A DNA stretch of 63,394 nt, counting the filler, from Craspedostauros australis (lineage: Eukaryota): the NCBI GenBank assembly GCA_030167865.1. It is 16 parts of 16 records of this genome, joined end to end, with 100 filler letters (N's around TTAATTAATTAA, not from the genome) between each part and the next. Parts side by side here need not be neighbours in the genome. Positions count along the whole stretch, not along the records: positions 47,318 to 48,683 come from JALAGF010001635.1; positions 48,784 to 50,113 come from JALAGF010001636.1; positions 50,214 to 52,496 come from JALAGF010001638.1; positions 52,597 to 53,861 come from JALAGF010001639.1; positions 53,962 to 55,253 come from JALAGF010001640.1; positions 55,354 to 58,204 come from JALAGF010001641.1; positions 58,305 to 60,510 come from JALAGF010001642.1; 9 more parts are not named here. One strand, 5' to 3'. The translations under genes and the position numbers were made by a program. This document shows positions 47,318-60,015 of the stretch, piece after piece. The notes under the pieces are model-generated. The model saw only the letters and a program-made list of their open reading frames with translations, was not told the origin of the DNA and made no database searches. Numbering within the stretch: position 1 is the stretch's first letter; the number at the start of each line of letters is the position of its first letter.

Positions 47318-47689
47318 AACTCTGGATTTTGACAACTGATCCACAGTCCAGACGAAGCAGAAGCCTCAGTATGCATGCTGCCACTTCACAATCCTCAACA
47401 TTTCTTCGCACCTAACCGCCTCACCATCGCGAAATGTGAGCGTGTCGATGATGGACACGACTGGAAATCAACCTGAAGCACGACTGGCGATTGCTAACTC
47501 CATGTGCCCGTTGACGTCCGCATGCCAAACGTTTCTAGTTGTAGACTAATGCGAAAAATATAAACTTTTTAAATATAAGGACCAGGAGTCTATTAATCCA
47601 CTCATATACCCTCTACAACATAATAGGATGATTTTAGTCCTCAAATTAAAAATCGGCACGATTATACTATCGTATCCTGAATGGGGTCC
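47318..47689 (-). mobile_element. Terminal region of a putative DNA transposon (terminus GGACCCCATTCAGGATACGATAGT), copy 1
   Basis: Reverse-complement homolog of 60016-60386; similarity ends a few bases outside the GGACCC terminus. Confidence 0.6.
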
Positions 47690-48007
47690 TATGTTCTTGT
47701 GATTGTGCAGATGGAACACAAGATACAGACGGATGGAGCATGGAGCATGGCTGTGTGGATGGTGGTTGATGTGTCTGCGTTGTTTGGCATCACGGAAATT
47801 GCGCGAAATCGTGGAAATCGATGACCCATCCGACTTTTGTTCGTCATTGACATCATCATCCACGATTGAATCCTTGGGAACCGCGGTAAAGACCATATAA
47901 TGGTCGGATTTTGCTTTGCTCACGCTTGAGGCGTGTTGTACGGTTTTGGGATCTGTCGAGTCAAGCACTAATGGGATTACTAGTGCCTCAAAGAGCCGGA
48001 CCCAAAT

Positions 48008-48280
48008 GTTTGGCGATGTTTGGCGATGTTTGGCGATAATTGGCTACAGATTTTGGACCCGTTTTTCCCAAACTCAGACTTAAACTTATAGACACTCAAT
48101 CGAATATCTCTTTGCATCTACCTAAACTTAAGACTCAGGGCTATCCAGGCAAGCAATAGCATTATCTTGTTGTTACTACTATCTAGTCGATCTTTTTGTG
48201 TTTGTTGACGCCCTTGGTGTGGTTTTGCCTTCGGACGACGGACGGACCGGGTGTTGTTTGGCGATGTTTGGCTACAAGTA
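48008..48280 (+). repeat. 10-bp tandem (tgtttggcga)x3 plus a related copy at ~48255
   Basis: Directly visible; both clusters end in ttggctaca. Confidence 0.7.
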
Positions 48281-48783
48281 GAATTCTACAGGAGTCCGGT
48301 AGGATCTGGCCTCTTTTTTCGAGAAATTCGACTCGCCATCTTTGAAGTCTCCGGACTTAGCNNTCTTTGGCCCAATCTGCACAATAGATATCATTTCAGA
48401 ATCCTCTCTCCGAGTTGGTCACAACCATATGGTCTATATTGTGTTTGAGTGCGATGGCATGGTGGTATACTTGCGTTTAGTGCTCCCATGGAGGTCGGAA
48501 CGATATTTGACCACTCGGATCCACTCTCGGAAGCATGTCTGAAAATTAATTTCCGTTGTTCGCGTCATCATGACGTCATGAGGAGGACGTAGCAACACAC
48601 CTGCGACCATGGCAACAGCAACAGATGCAACAGCAACAACAGGTGCAGCACCAGCTTTTCTCTGCCCCAACCGACATCGCCCTNNNNNNNNNNNNNNNNN
48701 NNNNNNNNNNNNNNNNNNNNNNNNNNNTTAATTAATTAANNNNNNNNNNNNNNNNNNNNNNNNNNNNNNNNNNNNNNNNNNNN

Positions 48784-50113
48784 CAGCTACCGGCTTCAGC
48801 GGAGCCAGGTTTGGACTTCAATGGGAACTTGATCATCTGGTATCTGTAGCACTTGGTGCACTTGTCCGATCCATATTGCGACCGTTCCCATGTCTGTAGC
48901 TCCTTTGCCTGACAGCTGTAGTTGGGCCCACACGGCTGTGCTTGCCCCTCGTAGTCGCACCAAGTCTTCCAGGGCCAAGTCATAGTCCTGCACCACCTGC
49001 CTCATGTCAGCCTCCGGCCCCTCATCAGTGCAATGCATTGCTTGATTGCATTGGTACCAATGGTCCCACACCACCTTCCAGAGCTTGTGTATGATCCGTG
49101 CCACCCACTTTTCTGTGGACAACCTACAACCAATTTGCGCATGGTACTGCTCCTGTAGTTCTGTCCATGACACCTTGACCATGCCCTCAACCAGCCAATC
49201 CCATCCTCCCTCTTGTTGATCATCNATCAGCTTTGCCTCAATCAGGTTTGCNTGTATGTGTCCAACAGGTCCCAGCCCTCTTGACACTTGCTTGACATTG
49301 CTCAACAGTATTTTTGCAATGGCAGGATGAGTCGACATCTTCTGCATTGTGATCTTCAGCCGTTTCCGCTGCAATTTCCATAGCACCATTGATTCCAGCG
49401 AGCAGCAGACCAAGAGGTGGCCGTGAGTTCCGTCTCGCCATGCCTGGGGCAGCTATCATTCATCCTTGCCTTCCACTGAGCCATCTGTGTTCCTACAGCC
49501 GCCTCCTGCATCGTGAGCTTCATGGTGAGCACCCTCTGCGCGTCACTGAGCTCGCCTGCCGCCCTTCGTTGCGTGGTTTTGTCGGCGTCTCCACCGATCG
49601 CCTCCATGCCTTGCTAGTGCCAGACCCTTGCCATGTTCACCTCCACCACATCTCTGATGACACTGGCATACATGATACTTGACCTGCAAACGCCTTGTCT
49701 TGGAATGTACCATGTGCACATCCCTGTGTTCTGGTGGAAGCTCCACTCATCACCCTCTTTGAGCATTTGCCATTGCTGTCCTGCAAGCCACTATTGTACC
49801 TAGCATGGTTCTGCATGGCACTCCTGGAATTCAATGCAATCATCTTGTCCTTGCATGCTGCGACTTCAGCACTCCTGCAAGATGGACCATCATTTGGATT
49901 GTGGTCCTGGCTGTGTTTCCATATCGGATTCGAGGGTCCTCACCCATGACACACCATGGCCTACATTCGGTCAAGTGAATGAAGAACCACTTCTCATCTA
50001 CGTTGTTAGACTTGAGAATTGGCAGTATCGTAGGAAGAACACATCCTTCAGCAATTGATCAGATCAAGAAGGAGGCATCCACTGTAAACTCTGTTGGAAC
50101 TTGAATGCTATTA
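48784..50113 (-). mobile_element. Heavily decayed Ambal-like non-LTR fragment (RNase H to C-terminus)
   Basis: AVGTQMAQWK...CPR.GETE, GWDWLVEG...W...Q, KWVARIIHKLWKVVWDHW..N..MH align to the ORF2 C-terminus at 21450-22200; many stops/frameshifts. Confidence 0.75.
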
Positions 50114-50230
50114 NNNNNNNNNNNNNNNNNNNNNNNNNNNNNNNNNNNNNNNNNNNNTTAATTAATTAANNNNNNNNNNNNNNNNNNNNNNNNNNNNNNN
50201 NNNNNNNNNNNNNGCTTCGGTGCTACGATC

Positions 50231-52496
50231 TCAGCTCGGCTTGCTGCGCTTTGCCGGACGCACCAGCACCCCGTCCAACAACTCGACGATGCCATTGTGG
50301 CCCTTCTCCTTCGCGATTTCCCGCGCGGTTTGACCGCTTGTGTTCTTTACGCTGAGATCAAATTTCACAGCATGTCTGGGATCGATCAGTAACTCCATGC
50401 ATCTCCTTCCATTCTGCCTACTCGCCAAGTGCAAGGGTGTATCGCCGTCCTGATTTTGAATCGTAGCATCTGCTCCTTCGCCCGGTCCAGTCAACCGCTG
50501 CAGGATTCTGTCAAGGCCGTGCTCGCATGCATTGTGCAGTGGGGTGTTGCCAGCCTTGTTCTGGATGTTCGCCAATGGCTGAGCCATTGTGATCAAGCGT
50601 TCCATCGCATCTCCTCTTTGGATGACGCAAGCCTGATCCAGATTGTGATTGGACACGATCTCGGTTCGGATTAGGTCACAGAGTCTTGTGAGCTCCATCT
50701 TTGGGGTGTCGCAAAAATGCTTATTGTTTATGCGAGCACGATGGAATGGGGTATCGCCATCATTGTTTTGAATTTTGCAATTGAATCTGCCATTGTACTT
50801 GTAGCAGAGCAGCACAGAACAAAGGTCCCTGCACCCATTTTCGAATGCGAAATGGAGGGGCGTGTTGCCATCGTTGTTCATTGCGTTGACGTCCACCTTC
50901 ATGTTGTTGGAGCAGAGAATTGCATCTGTGACGCTAGCCGCATACTCCGCACACGCGCATGCAAGGTGGAGTGGTGTGTCGCCGTTGTTGTTTCGAATGT
51001 TGCCATCAATATCACCTGGGCTGGATTCGTCCAACGATTCGAGCCACTCTCCCCTGCTACTCTGTGCTGCGATATGAAGCGGGGTGTTGCCGTCGTTGTT
51101 TTGAAGAGTGAGATTGATGTTGCCAACTGCATTGTCAAAAATGCGGCTGCCGACTCCTTCACCATATTTCATGAGCGCAAGATGAAGCGGGGTGTTGCCG
51201 TCGTTGTTTTGAAGATTGAGGTTGATGTTGCCAACTTCATTGTCAAAAATGCGGTTTCTGACTCCTCCACCATATTTCATGAGCGCAAGATGAAGTGGGG
51301 TGTTGCCGTCGTTGTTTTGAAGATTGAGGTTGATGTTGCCAACTGCATTGTCAAAAATGCGGTTTCTGACTCCCACACCATATTTCATGAGCGCAAGATG
51401 AAGTGGGGTGTTGCCGTCATCATTCTGCAAGTTCATGATAGCCTTGGCTTCGTCTGACGCAACTAGGTACTCCAGGACATCATTGTCGCATTCGGTGCAC
51501 GCAACGTGGAGTGGTGTGTTGCCGTTCTCGTCTCTGGCATGGATACTGGCATTCACGCGCTTCGATTCAATTAAGCACCTCACGACATGCACGTTCATAT
51601 CTTTGCAAGCAGTGTGGAGTGGAGTATTGCCTTCCTCATCATAGCTCTCCAGATAGACTTGGACTTCCTGTGATTCGACGAGGTAGCGGACGAGAGGGAC
51701 GTCGGCATACGCACAAGCACAGTGGAGCGGTGTCTCGCCGGCCTTGTTATGGATTTGGAGTGCTTCGTTGACTTGCTCCAAACTGAGTACGACCAAGCCT
51801 TTCAACAGAGCAATCGATCCATTTTTGCACGCGTAATGGATGGGCGTGTTGCCTCTGCTGTCTGATGCACTGACGTCAATGGCGGTTGGGTCCGATTGGG
51901 CCAGATACAGAGCCACATCTTGATTCCGATTCTGACAGGCAAGATGAAGCAGCGTTTGGTTGAACTTGTTGGTTCTTTTGTGGTCCACCTCCGCTTTGCC
52001 TGATTTCACCATGGATTCGATAAACTCTCTTGACGCAATCTTGCAGGCCAGATGGAACGGCGAGTAGCCAATCTCATCCAAGATGTTGAGATTGAGATTG
52101 ATGTCCACGTTCAACTGATCCGCTCGGAACAGACGATTCCTCACCTCGCAATCTGTGTACCAGCACGCATGATGGAATGGCGTTCGACCGTAGTTGTCTT
52201 GGATGTTGACGTCAAGACTTGAATGGTAGAGTTTGATGACGTAGTCCACCGTGTCGGGACGAAAACGTTGGCATGCATGATGAAGAGGCGTCATGCCTTC
52301 ACTATCCTTGCTATTCACGTTGATGTTGACTAGCTTCGAGGTGGCGAGGTAGTCCAGGACGGAGGTTCCACCGCGGATGCATGCAAAGTGGAGGAGCGTC
52401 TGATTCTGGCACCCTGTTGCGTTGCAGACTGTGTTGCTTGGATCGGCTTGCGCCAGCAACTCCATCGCTCGCACATGGTTGCGCCAACAAGCGATG
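50231..52496 (-). CDS. Ankyrin-repeat protein (5' end in gap)
   Basis: About 18 G.TPLH.A repeats; frame appears open to the gap. Confidence 0.92.
51075..51438 (-). repeat. 108-bp near-identical coding tandem repeat x~3.3 within the ankyrin gene
   Basis: ggggtgttgccgtc recurs at 51081, 51189, 51297, 51405. Confidence 0.9.
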
Positions 52497-52596
52497 NNNN
52501 NNNNNNNNNNNNNNNNNNNNNNNNNNNNNNNNNNNNNNNNTTAATTAATTAANNNNNNNNNNNNNNNNNNNNNNNNNNNNNNNNNNNNNNNNNNNN

Positions 52597-54719
52597 GAAG
52601 GAAGGGGGATGGAAGCCGAGCTGATGCATGAGGAAGATTCGACAGCGCACACGCACACACGCACACCTACACAACGGAGAATGTATTCATTTGCAAAACC
52701 GACGTCAAGACGCGCGCGAACCGCGGATAGCGTCGCAGATGAAGCAGCAGCACTGATGAAAGGGCATCACGCACCAACGCTCAAGACGCAAGATACTTAC
52801 GAGTGTGAGCACCATACCTACTACATTCCAGTCAATCTTCGCGCCTCGTTATGCGGCGGTGCTGCGGCGCCTGTCGGTGGCGACCATCTCGTTCAGGATG
52901 CCTCGTGTCATGCCAATGTCCGACACGCGCCACTCCCATCCAGGTGCTCAAATCCCGCACCTCCAAGCCGAATTAACTCAAGCTGCTCTTTCCCATCACG
53001 TTTCTTCTCTCCCCTTCCCTTCCCTTCCCTTCGTCTGCGCAACTGATGCCTCCTGTGTGCGCAATCTTGACGTGATTGAATCGTCACGATGTTGTGTCGA
53101 TTGATGGATATCGTTAATCTTCATTGATTGCCATCTTTGTTGTTGCTCGCCACCACGTATTGCGTCATTTCACACACCAACAATTACGCTCACACAAACG
53201 ACCACATCACTGCAACACTCACAATCGTTGCCGTTCTTCGTGGGACGGAACTCGCCGCCAAACTTACACATGATGCTCGCATTGCCAATCTCAACCCATA
53301 CGTGATTCATACCAACCCATTCTTCTGGCACGTACGCATACATGCACACATACAAATGCGCCCGACGTGCAGAACCAAACAGTCTCACGACAGCAACGAG
53401 GACAACAGCAAAGATGCTCTACGTCAAGGCAGCCTTCGTGGCTTTTATCGCTGTCACCAACACGGCAACAGCCCATGCTGTCCTCCGCGGCAACAGAACT
53501 CCCGTGGATCCAACCAAGGAACTCCACACAGCAATGATGAAGACCCGCATCCTCAAGGANGNCGACGATGACGCAAACACCAACAAGGGCAACAAGGGCA
53601 ACAAGGGNAACCGAGTGCCACCCACTGAGAACCCGGCTGGTGCGGAAACAAAAGCGCCAACCGCATTGCCTACTGGGTCGCCAACTGCCTCGCCGGCCTC
53701 CCAGTCCACCCGCCTGCCAACATCCAAACCATCAGCTGCTTCAACCGTCTTCGATTCCACCATCGAGATCGTTTGCAAGCCGGATGGCACCACCCCCCTC
53801 ACACCACAAGAGGCAAGCGCCAAGACCATCATCTGTAACTCTGCCAAGCCATCCTGCCGCANNNNNNNNNNNNNNNNNNNNNNNNNNNNNNNNNNNNNNN
53901 NNNNNTTAATTAATTAANNNNNNNNNNNNNNNNNNNNNNNNNNNNNNNNNNNNNNNNNNNNTGTATGTGTGCATGTATGCGTACGTGCCAGAAGAATGGG
54001 TTGGTATGAATCACGTATGGGTTGAGATTGGCAATGCGAGCATCATGTGTAAGTTTGGCGGCGAGTTCCGTCCCACGAAGAACGGCAACGATTGTGAGTG
54101 TTGCAGTGATGTGGTCGTTTGTGTGAGCGTAATTGTTGGTGTGTGAAATGACGCAATACGTGGTGGCGAGCAACAACAAAGATGGCAATCAATGAAGATT
54201 AACGATATCCATCAATCGACACAACATCGTGACGATTCAATCACGTCAAGATTGCGCACACAGGAGGCATCAGTTGCGCAGACGAAGGGAAGGGAAGGGA
54301 AGGGGAGAGAAGAAACGTGATGGGAAAGAGCAGCTTGAGTTAATTCGGCTTGGAGGTGCGGGATTTGAGCACCTGGATGGGAGTGGCGCGTGTCGGACAT
54401 TGGCATGACACGAGGCATCCTGAACGAGATGGTCGCCACCGACAGGCGCCGCAGCACCGCCGCATAACGAGGCGCGAAGATTGACTGGAATGTAGTAGGT
54501 ATGGTGCTCACACTCGTAAGTATCTTGCGTCTTGAGCGTTGGTGCGTGATGCCCTTTCATCAGTGCTGCTGCTTCATCTGCGACGCTATCCGCGGTTCGC
54601 GCGCGTCTTGACGTCGGTTTTGCAAATGAATACATTCTCCGTTGTGTAGGTGTGCGTGTGTGCGTGTGCGCTGTCGAATCTTCCTCATGCATCAGCTCGG
54701 CTTCCATCCCCCTTCCTTC
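52597..54719. repeat. 758-bp apparently identical inverted duplication (52597-53354 vs 53962-54719), probably unmerged contig overlap
   Basis: Identical translated ORFs on opposite strands; each copy begins at a contig edge. Confidence 0.85.
53414..53861 (+). CDS. Secreted P/T/S-rich protein, N-terminal part (3' end in gap)
   Basis: Signal-peptide-like MLYVKAAFVAFIAVTNTATAHA, LRG and RIL motifs, KGN repeats, PT/PS stalk, Cys-containing region. Confidence 0.65.
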
Positions 54720-55353
54720 GTGATGTGCGCGTACCTTTTGAGCTGTTTCTCTTCGTTGCGGCCTCAGAGGGGGTTGTCGTCTCTTTCTTACGCCTGCTGG
54801 GTGTTAGTTGATTGCTGGTTGCTGGCGTTTCCAATCTGATGATTGATCTGTTTTATGAGACTTTGTGTCGATTTCGGAGGCAACGAGGTGATTCCTGTGA
54901 GTTTGTTTCGCGGTGTTCTTAGTACACCCTTCCTCTGGAGGAAGATTGGGGGTTCAGCGAGGGCCAATTCTTCCTCCGAAGGAAAACCGCCCTCCAAAGG
55001 AAGGTTTCCGCCCTCTCAGGAGACAGCCAACCGGAACCACCTCCTAACACAAACTGGAGACCACACTTGTTGAGAAATCCACTGACCGTGAATTCAGAGT
55101 CCTTGCTTCACACAAATTGTGCTTTGTTTCTCATTTTGCTTTGTTGTCGTCATCGTTTTCTTGTTCTTGGTGGCGAATCACGAGACCAAGATTTCCATCT
55201 TGTCACACAATTTCCTTTCTTCATTTTTGTATTCACACTTTGCATTCATTGTCNNNNNNNNNNNNNNNNNNNNNNNNNNNNNNNNNNNNNNNNNNNNTTA
55301 ATTAATTAANNNNNNNNNNNNNNNNNNNNNNNNNNNNNNNNNNNNNNNNNNNN

Positions 55354-56590
55354 GCTCGACAAGCTATCGACGGCGGCGTACCTGACAAAACCCAGCCTAC
55401 TTCCGTTGGTCCTCCTGAAGAGCGTGAGGCGGACGTTCAACAACGGCATCACTCTGTACTCCCCAGCCGCATTCGCAATCCTTGGGATGATCCTGGGTTG
55501 GACGCTGGGACGATCACAGGAGAGTCGAGTTTGCGCCAACCACGCAATCGACATGGTGCAGAAGATGGAAGATCGGTCGTCGGAGGCCAGAGTCATCCTC
55601 TTGTGCAACGCCTTCGTGCTGCAATTCACCCAGGCGTTCGAAACCTTGAGAAAATCGCTGTTGCGAGCTTACAGCATCGGAATGGCGACGGGGGATGTCG
55701 AATCGGCCCTGTGGTGCATGTTCGTCTTCATCGACATGTCTTGGTTCACCGGCAAGTCACTCCATACCCTCGACATGGATTGTTCCACCTACAGCAAAGT
55801 ATCGGCGGACTTCGGCCAGATGCGGCAGGCGGAATGTATCAAGCTGACTTGGCAAGCCATACTGAATCTGAGGGGATTCGCCAAGGATCCATCCATCATG
55901 GTCGGGGACGCGTGTGACGAGGTCACAGCAATGCCTCGGTACGAGCAACAAGGAGACGACTTTCTGAAAGCAACACTGCTGAGAATGAAGATCATGATGG
56001 CGACATACTTCGGAGATTTTGAGACCGCCGCTGATCTTGCCCTGATCACGTTTGATCTGCACCATGAGGCAATCCCAGCCAGCCTAGTATTTCTTCCATC
56101 GTCCTTCTTCTGTTCCTTCGCGTGCTACGTGGCCGTGTCGATGAACCGGAGGAGCAGGCGGGTCATTCGGCAATACAAACGCATGGCGACTCGGGCTCGA
56201 CGGATGATCCAGATGTGGAACAATCGGGGCAATCCGAACTGCGCGCACTACTTGGCCATCCTCGATGCAGAGAGATCTATCGGGAAATCTCCCGCCCCGC
56301 CGGGCCGCTTCGCTGGAAGATCCAACAACCAGCATCCAGCAGTCGCCAGCTACCAAAAGGCAATCCGGTTGACAGCGCGCCGTGGTTTCATCAACGATCG
56401 GGCATTTGCCAACGAAAGGCTTGCATACTACTTCCGCCAACACACGGACGATGAAGAGAGCGCGCGGTTTCATTTTGACGAGGCCATGCGCTTGTACAAA
56501 GAATGGGGCGCCGATGGGAAAGTGAAATCGATGGAAGGCAAGAGCAACCACCTGTGGCAGCCACCGTCTGAGATCGAAGTCACGATGTGA
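55354..56590 (+). CDS. C-terminal helical/TPR-like part of diatom STAND/AAA-ATPase family protein (5' end in gap)
   Basis: G....SP.AFA..G, AY..GM..GD.E.A, GNPNC.HYL..LDAE, YQKAI....R.GF..D.A.ANER, A..LY.EWGA..KV. Confidence 0.75.
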
Positions 56591-57013
56591 GGCGCGAACT
56601 GAAGACTTGATTACCTTCGTTCGACGAGCCACTAGTTCCCATGTTGCGAACGGACATTACGTCGGAGGACGCGTCATACGAGCTATTGGCAGGAATCCGA
56701 TGGCTGTAGCGGGATCCGTTCAATCCTATCTGAAGTGAGCATAATGGATGATATGGTAGAATGAATTGTATTGAGATACGAGCTATGGCAGAGCAGTCAA
56801 GTCATCTGTGACTATTTTTTGTTGGTTCGGTTGTCGTCGCTGTGTAGCGTGTGAAATCAACTCATGGTGTGAGTATCGTGGAGTGTGATGTGGTGTGTTG
56901 TGGTGTGGAGTTTTGGATGTCACCCGCACACGACCGTCTCTCATCCGTCCCCACAGTCCGCCACGGATCTGCATTCGTAGCACAGCTCAGCTCGAGCAGC
57001 GAGAGGTCCTTCT

Positions 57014-58204
57014 TCATTTGCCACCCCGGACCTTTTTGGTCTGCCGTATGATGCCCGACTCCAGCTTTTCCCGATGGCATTTGGCAAACTGGCGGAACTC
57101 CTCCAAACAGTCCAGATCAGCCTGGGCCACTTCTGTTGGTTGGCCGCGCTTGCACAGCGACATCTGCCGGGCCTTCTTGCTTCGTCCTTGATTGCATGGG
57201 AACCCGATCTCCATGTAGTTGCACTCGGTGGTGGCAATTTTGTAGAAATCTGGCCACAACCGAGGCGTCGTCTCCGTGAACAGGAACAGCGTGCCCTCTG
57301 GAACCACGTCGAAAAGTTCTCGGAAGAACACGAAGTTGGACTTGCGCAGGTTGATGGCGTTCTCGGACACGCAGTACTGGCATGTCCAGATGTTGGTCGT
57401 CTCAATCTTATCCAGCATGGCCCGGTTGTTGGGATGTGCGAGAGGCGTCGTGATATCGCATTTCCCACCCCACGACGCGGTCAGGTTGGTCTGTTGCAGC
57501 GCGATTTGGGTTGATTCGCTCATGGCGACCACCAGATCCTCCCAGCCCTCCTCGTAATCCATCACATTGGCATGCAAGGCGGACATTCCGCTGCCTGAGG
57601 ATGAGAAGGTCGCTACCAGCGCGGCGGCGACGAAATCGTACCCAGGTCCGCCACCCAACGACGTCAAAGTACACGCCGTCGGCTGTCCATCCGATCCATC
57701 CAGCAGCCGCTGCTGCTCCATGCCTTTGCTCCAGTGGTGCGGGACCGATGGATTTTGAGTTGTGTACATCAGCAGGTCCGAAAGTAATCGAGCACGGCAG
57801 AAGAAATCCAGGGCGTACCCGGACCTCGATCCGGCATCACCGAAGCACGGCATCGTGCCTTGATCGGCAGCCACGCCCAGATTGAACCAGAGCGAGCCAA
57901 ATGCTTCTTGATCGACGGGATGTGGCAAACGCTGCGACAGGTGATGCCGGATGGAATCGATGGAAAGCTGCGACCAATGACGCCACCCCTTGGTGGCCTT
58001 CAGAGAGCCGGGAGTGCGGCGGAGGTTGCGATTCGCCAATTGCATCAGTTCCTCGGCGCTGAGGATACTAGCAGAGCTAGTGCTTTCATCATCGTCGCTG
58101 CGATTGTCGGCCACGACAGTACCATCAGCGAAATTGGCATTCTTCCGCAGCTGTCGCTTGACATAGCTCGTCCTTGACAGAGACTTCGTGTCATGTCGTG
58201 CGTC
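57014..58204 (-). CDS. Uncharacterised class I SAM-dependent methyltransferase-like protein (5' end in gap)
   Basis: Motif I-like LTSLGGGPGYD, acidic VMDYE after strand 2, CDIT, QYCVSEN; frame open from the gap. Confidence 0.6.
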   Translation of the reverse strand, partial: DARHDTKSLSRTSYVKRQLRKNANFADGTVVADNRSDDDESTSSASILSAEELMQLANRNLRRTPGSLKATKGWRHWSQLSIDSIRHHLSQRLPHPVDQEAFGSLWFNLGVAADQGTMPCFGDAGSRSGYALDFFCRARLLSDLLMYTTQNPSVPHHWSKGMEQQRLLDGSDGQPTACTLTSLGGGPGYDFVAAALVATFSSSGSGMSALHANVMDYEEGWEDLVVAMSESTQIALQQTNLTASWGGKCDITTPLAHPNNRAMLDKIETTNIWTCQYCVSENAINLRKSNFVFFRELFDVVPEGTLFLFTETTPRLWPDFYKIATTECNYMEIGFPCNQGRSKKARQMSLCKRGQPTEVAQADLDCLEEFRQFAKCHREKLESGIIRQTKKVRGGK

Positions 58205-60015
58205 NNNNNNNNNNNNNNNNNNNNNNNNNNNNNNNNNNNNNNNNNNNNTTAATTAATTAANNNNNNNNNNNNNNNNNNNNNNNNNNNNNNNNNNNNNNNN
58301 NNNNGAATGTGTGTGAGTTGGGCACATGAGTTGTCCTGTTCAAGGTGGGGAAAGACAGCCATGGATACAGTTCTGGCTGCCTCTGTTACCATCCTGGTTT
58401 GGATCATTGTCTTGCTGGCTTCTGTATTCTGGACATTCACTCTTTGTTGGTTGCTTATGGTTGGCTCCTGAATTTGGTTTTTGGTGTTGATGGGTAGGCT
58501 GTCTCTATGCTTGATGGGTAGGTTTGTGGGTATGGTGGGTATTGTCCTGATGGGATTGCTGTTGGAGTCACGATGGAGCTGCGATGAATTTGTCTCTGCT
58601 GAGAGGGAAGGGAATGGCGTTTTGTCCAGCCCCTGGACGCCCGGGTGACCACTGGTAACCCCCGAGTGTAAGTGCTGCTAGTTGGATACATGCAGAGGCC
58701 ATTCAGATAGTGGTGGGAGAGCAGAGTAGTTTAGGACATCAGCATTTCCTTCAGTTGGTTCTTTCTCAGGTTTACTCACACTTGGGAGTTCGGAGTGCCC
58801 TCCTGAGCATGTTTGGGCGTGTGGGTGAATGTGTTGATGTTTGTGCTTGCGAGTGTGTGATGTTGGATGTGGTGATGTGTACGGTCTGCGTTGTTTGTTG
58901 GCATGAATGATCACAACATGACATAGTCGGAGGGGTCGACAATCGCTTGGACATGCACAAACTACACAGGAACAAGAATCCACGAAAAAATCATACTCGT
59001 TCCCATTCAGCAGCGCAGGTGAATGTGTGTGCTACATTAGTTCGAAAACATAACAGTTGGCAAACAATCCAGGTCTATTATACACAGAAAATCAAAATCA
59101 CACAGAGTAGAATAGTAGGGCGCGAGTCGAGCATGCAGCACACGCGATGTTGTGACGAATGTAGAAGAGTATGATACGAGATCACTCAACAAACACGTGC
59201 GGTGCAAAAAGGAAGAGAAAGCGAGAATCGAACCAGAGCAAAAGAATCCCGCCATTGCGTTTTCACAGTGCCCACAATGCATTGTTGCAGTTGAGCATAC
59301 AAACTTCAAATACAGTCGATTGGGTTTGCACCCACAACCAGTGTCACAAACACACACTTCGAAATGGATTGGCAAACGCTACGCTTCTGAAACCAAAACA
59401 CACGCGAAAATCAGCTCTGATCTGAACCAGGTGGAATGAAGATGTCAATTCGAACGTCTGTCCAACCACACGCAACTTTGGCGATGTCAAACACCACGGA
59501 ACATGTGACATCACACCGTACTTAACGAAAACAAGAACGACGTCATCGCAGGTTCGACTCCCATTAACGTCCGTAACGTTCAAATGAGCACACATTGTTG
59601 TTCTCTACCAAGCTTCCCACCAAGCAAAACACAAAGAAAGCGAAAATCAGATAGAAATGGGTTCCACGTGTCGTGACACGAGCCCCCCATGAATCAACGT
59701 CTGTCCGGTTGCACCGTATTTTGACTCTAAAACAGTAGATTGCCACCCTCATAACTTTATAACTAAGGCCTGTACTCACCATCTATCACCTGCATCATGT
59801 TGCCAACATGATAAAGTATACAAATGTAGGTTTTGGCTTTTATGAGGGGCCGTACAAGCTTGGGCCAAATTGCATTCTGGATGGACCGCACCGCTTTTCG
59901 CTCACACGGGTCATAGATAGATAGAATCCACCTTCTTTTGAGCCTTGGTCGCACACAAACACGCAAGCTTCGTTCTGAACACGGCCACGTCGAAAACGGC
60001 ATCTTCCCGAACATA

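Noticed and set aside
43256..56590. Immune-like gene cluster (STAND/TPR, ankyrin, LRR genes together)
   Set aside because: The genes lie on separate small contigs joined by artificial linkers and belong to large diatom families; clustering cannot be supported.
58305..60010. Possible decayed TE or gene remnants
   Set aside because: No motif or internal homology strong enough to call.
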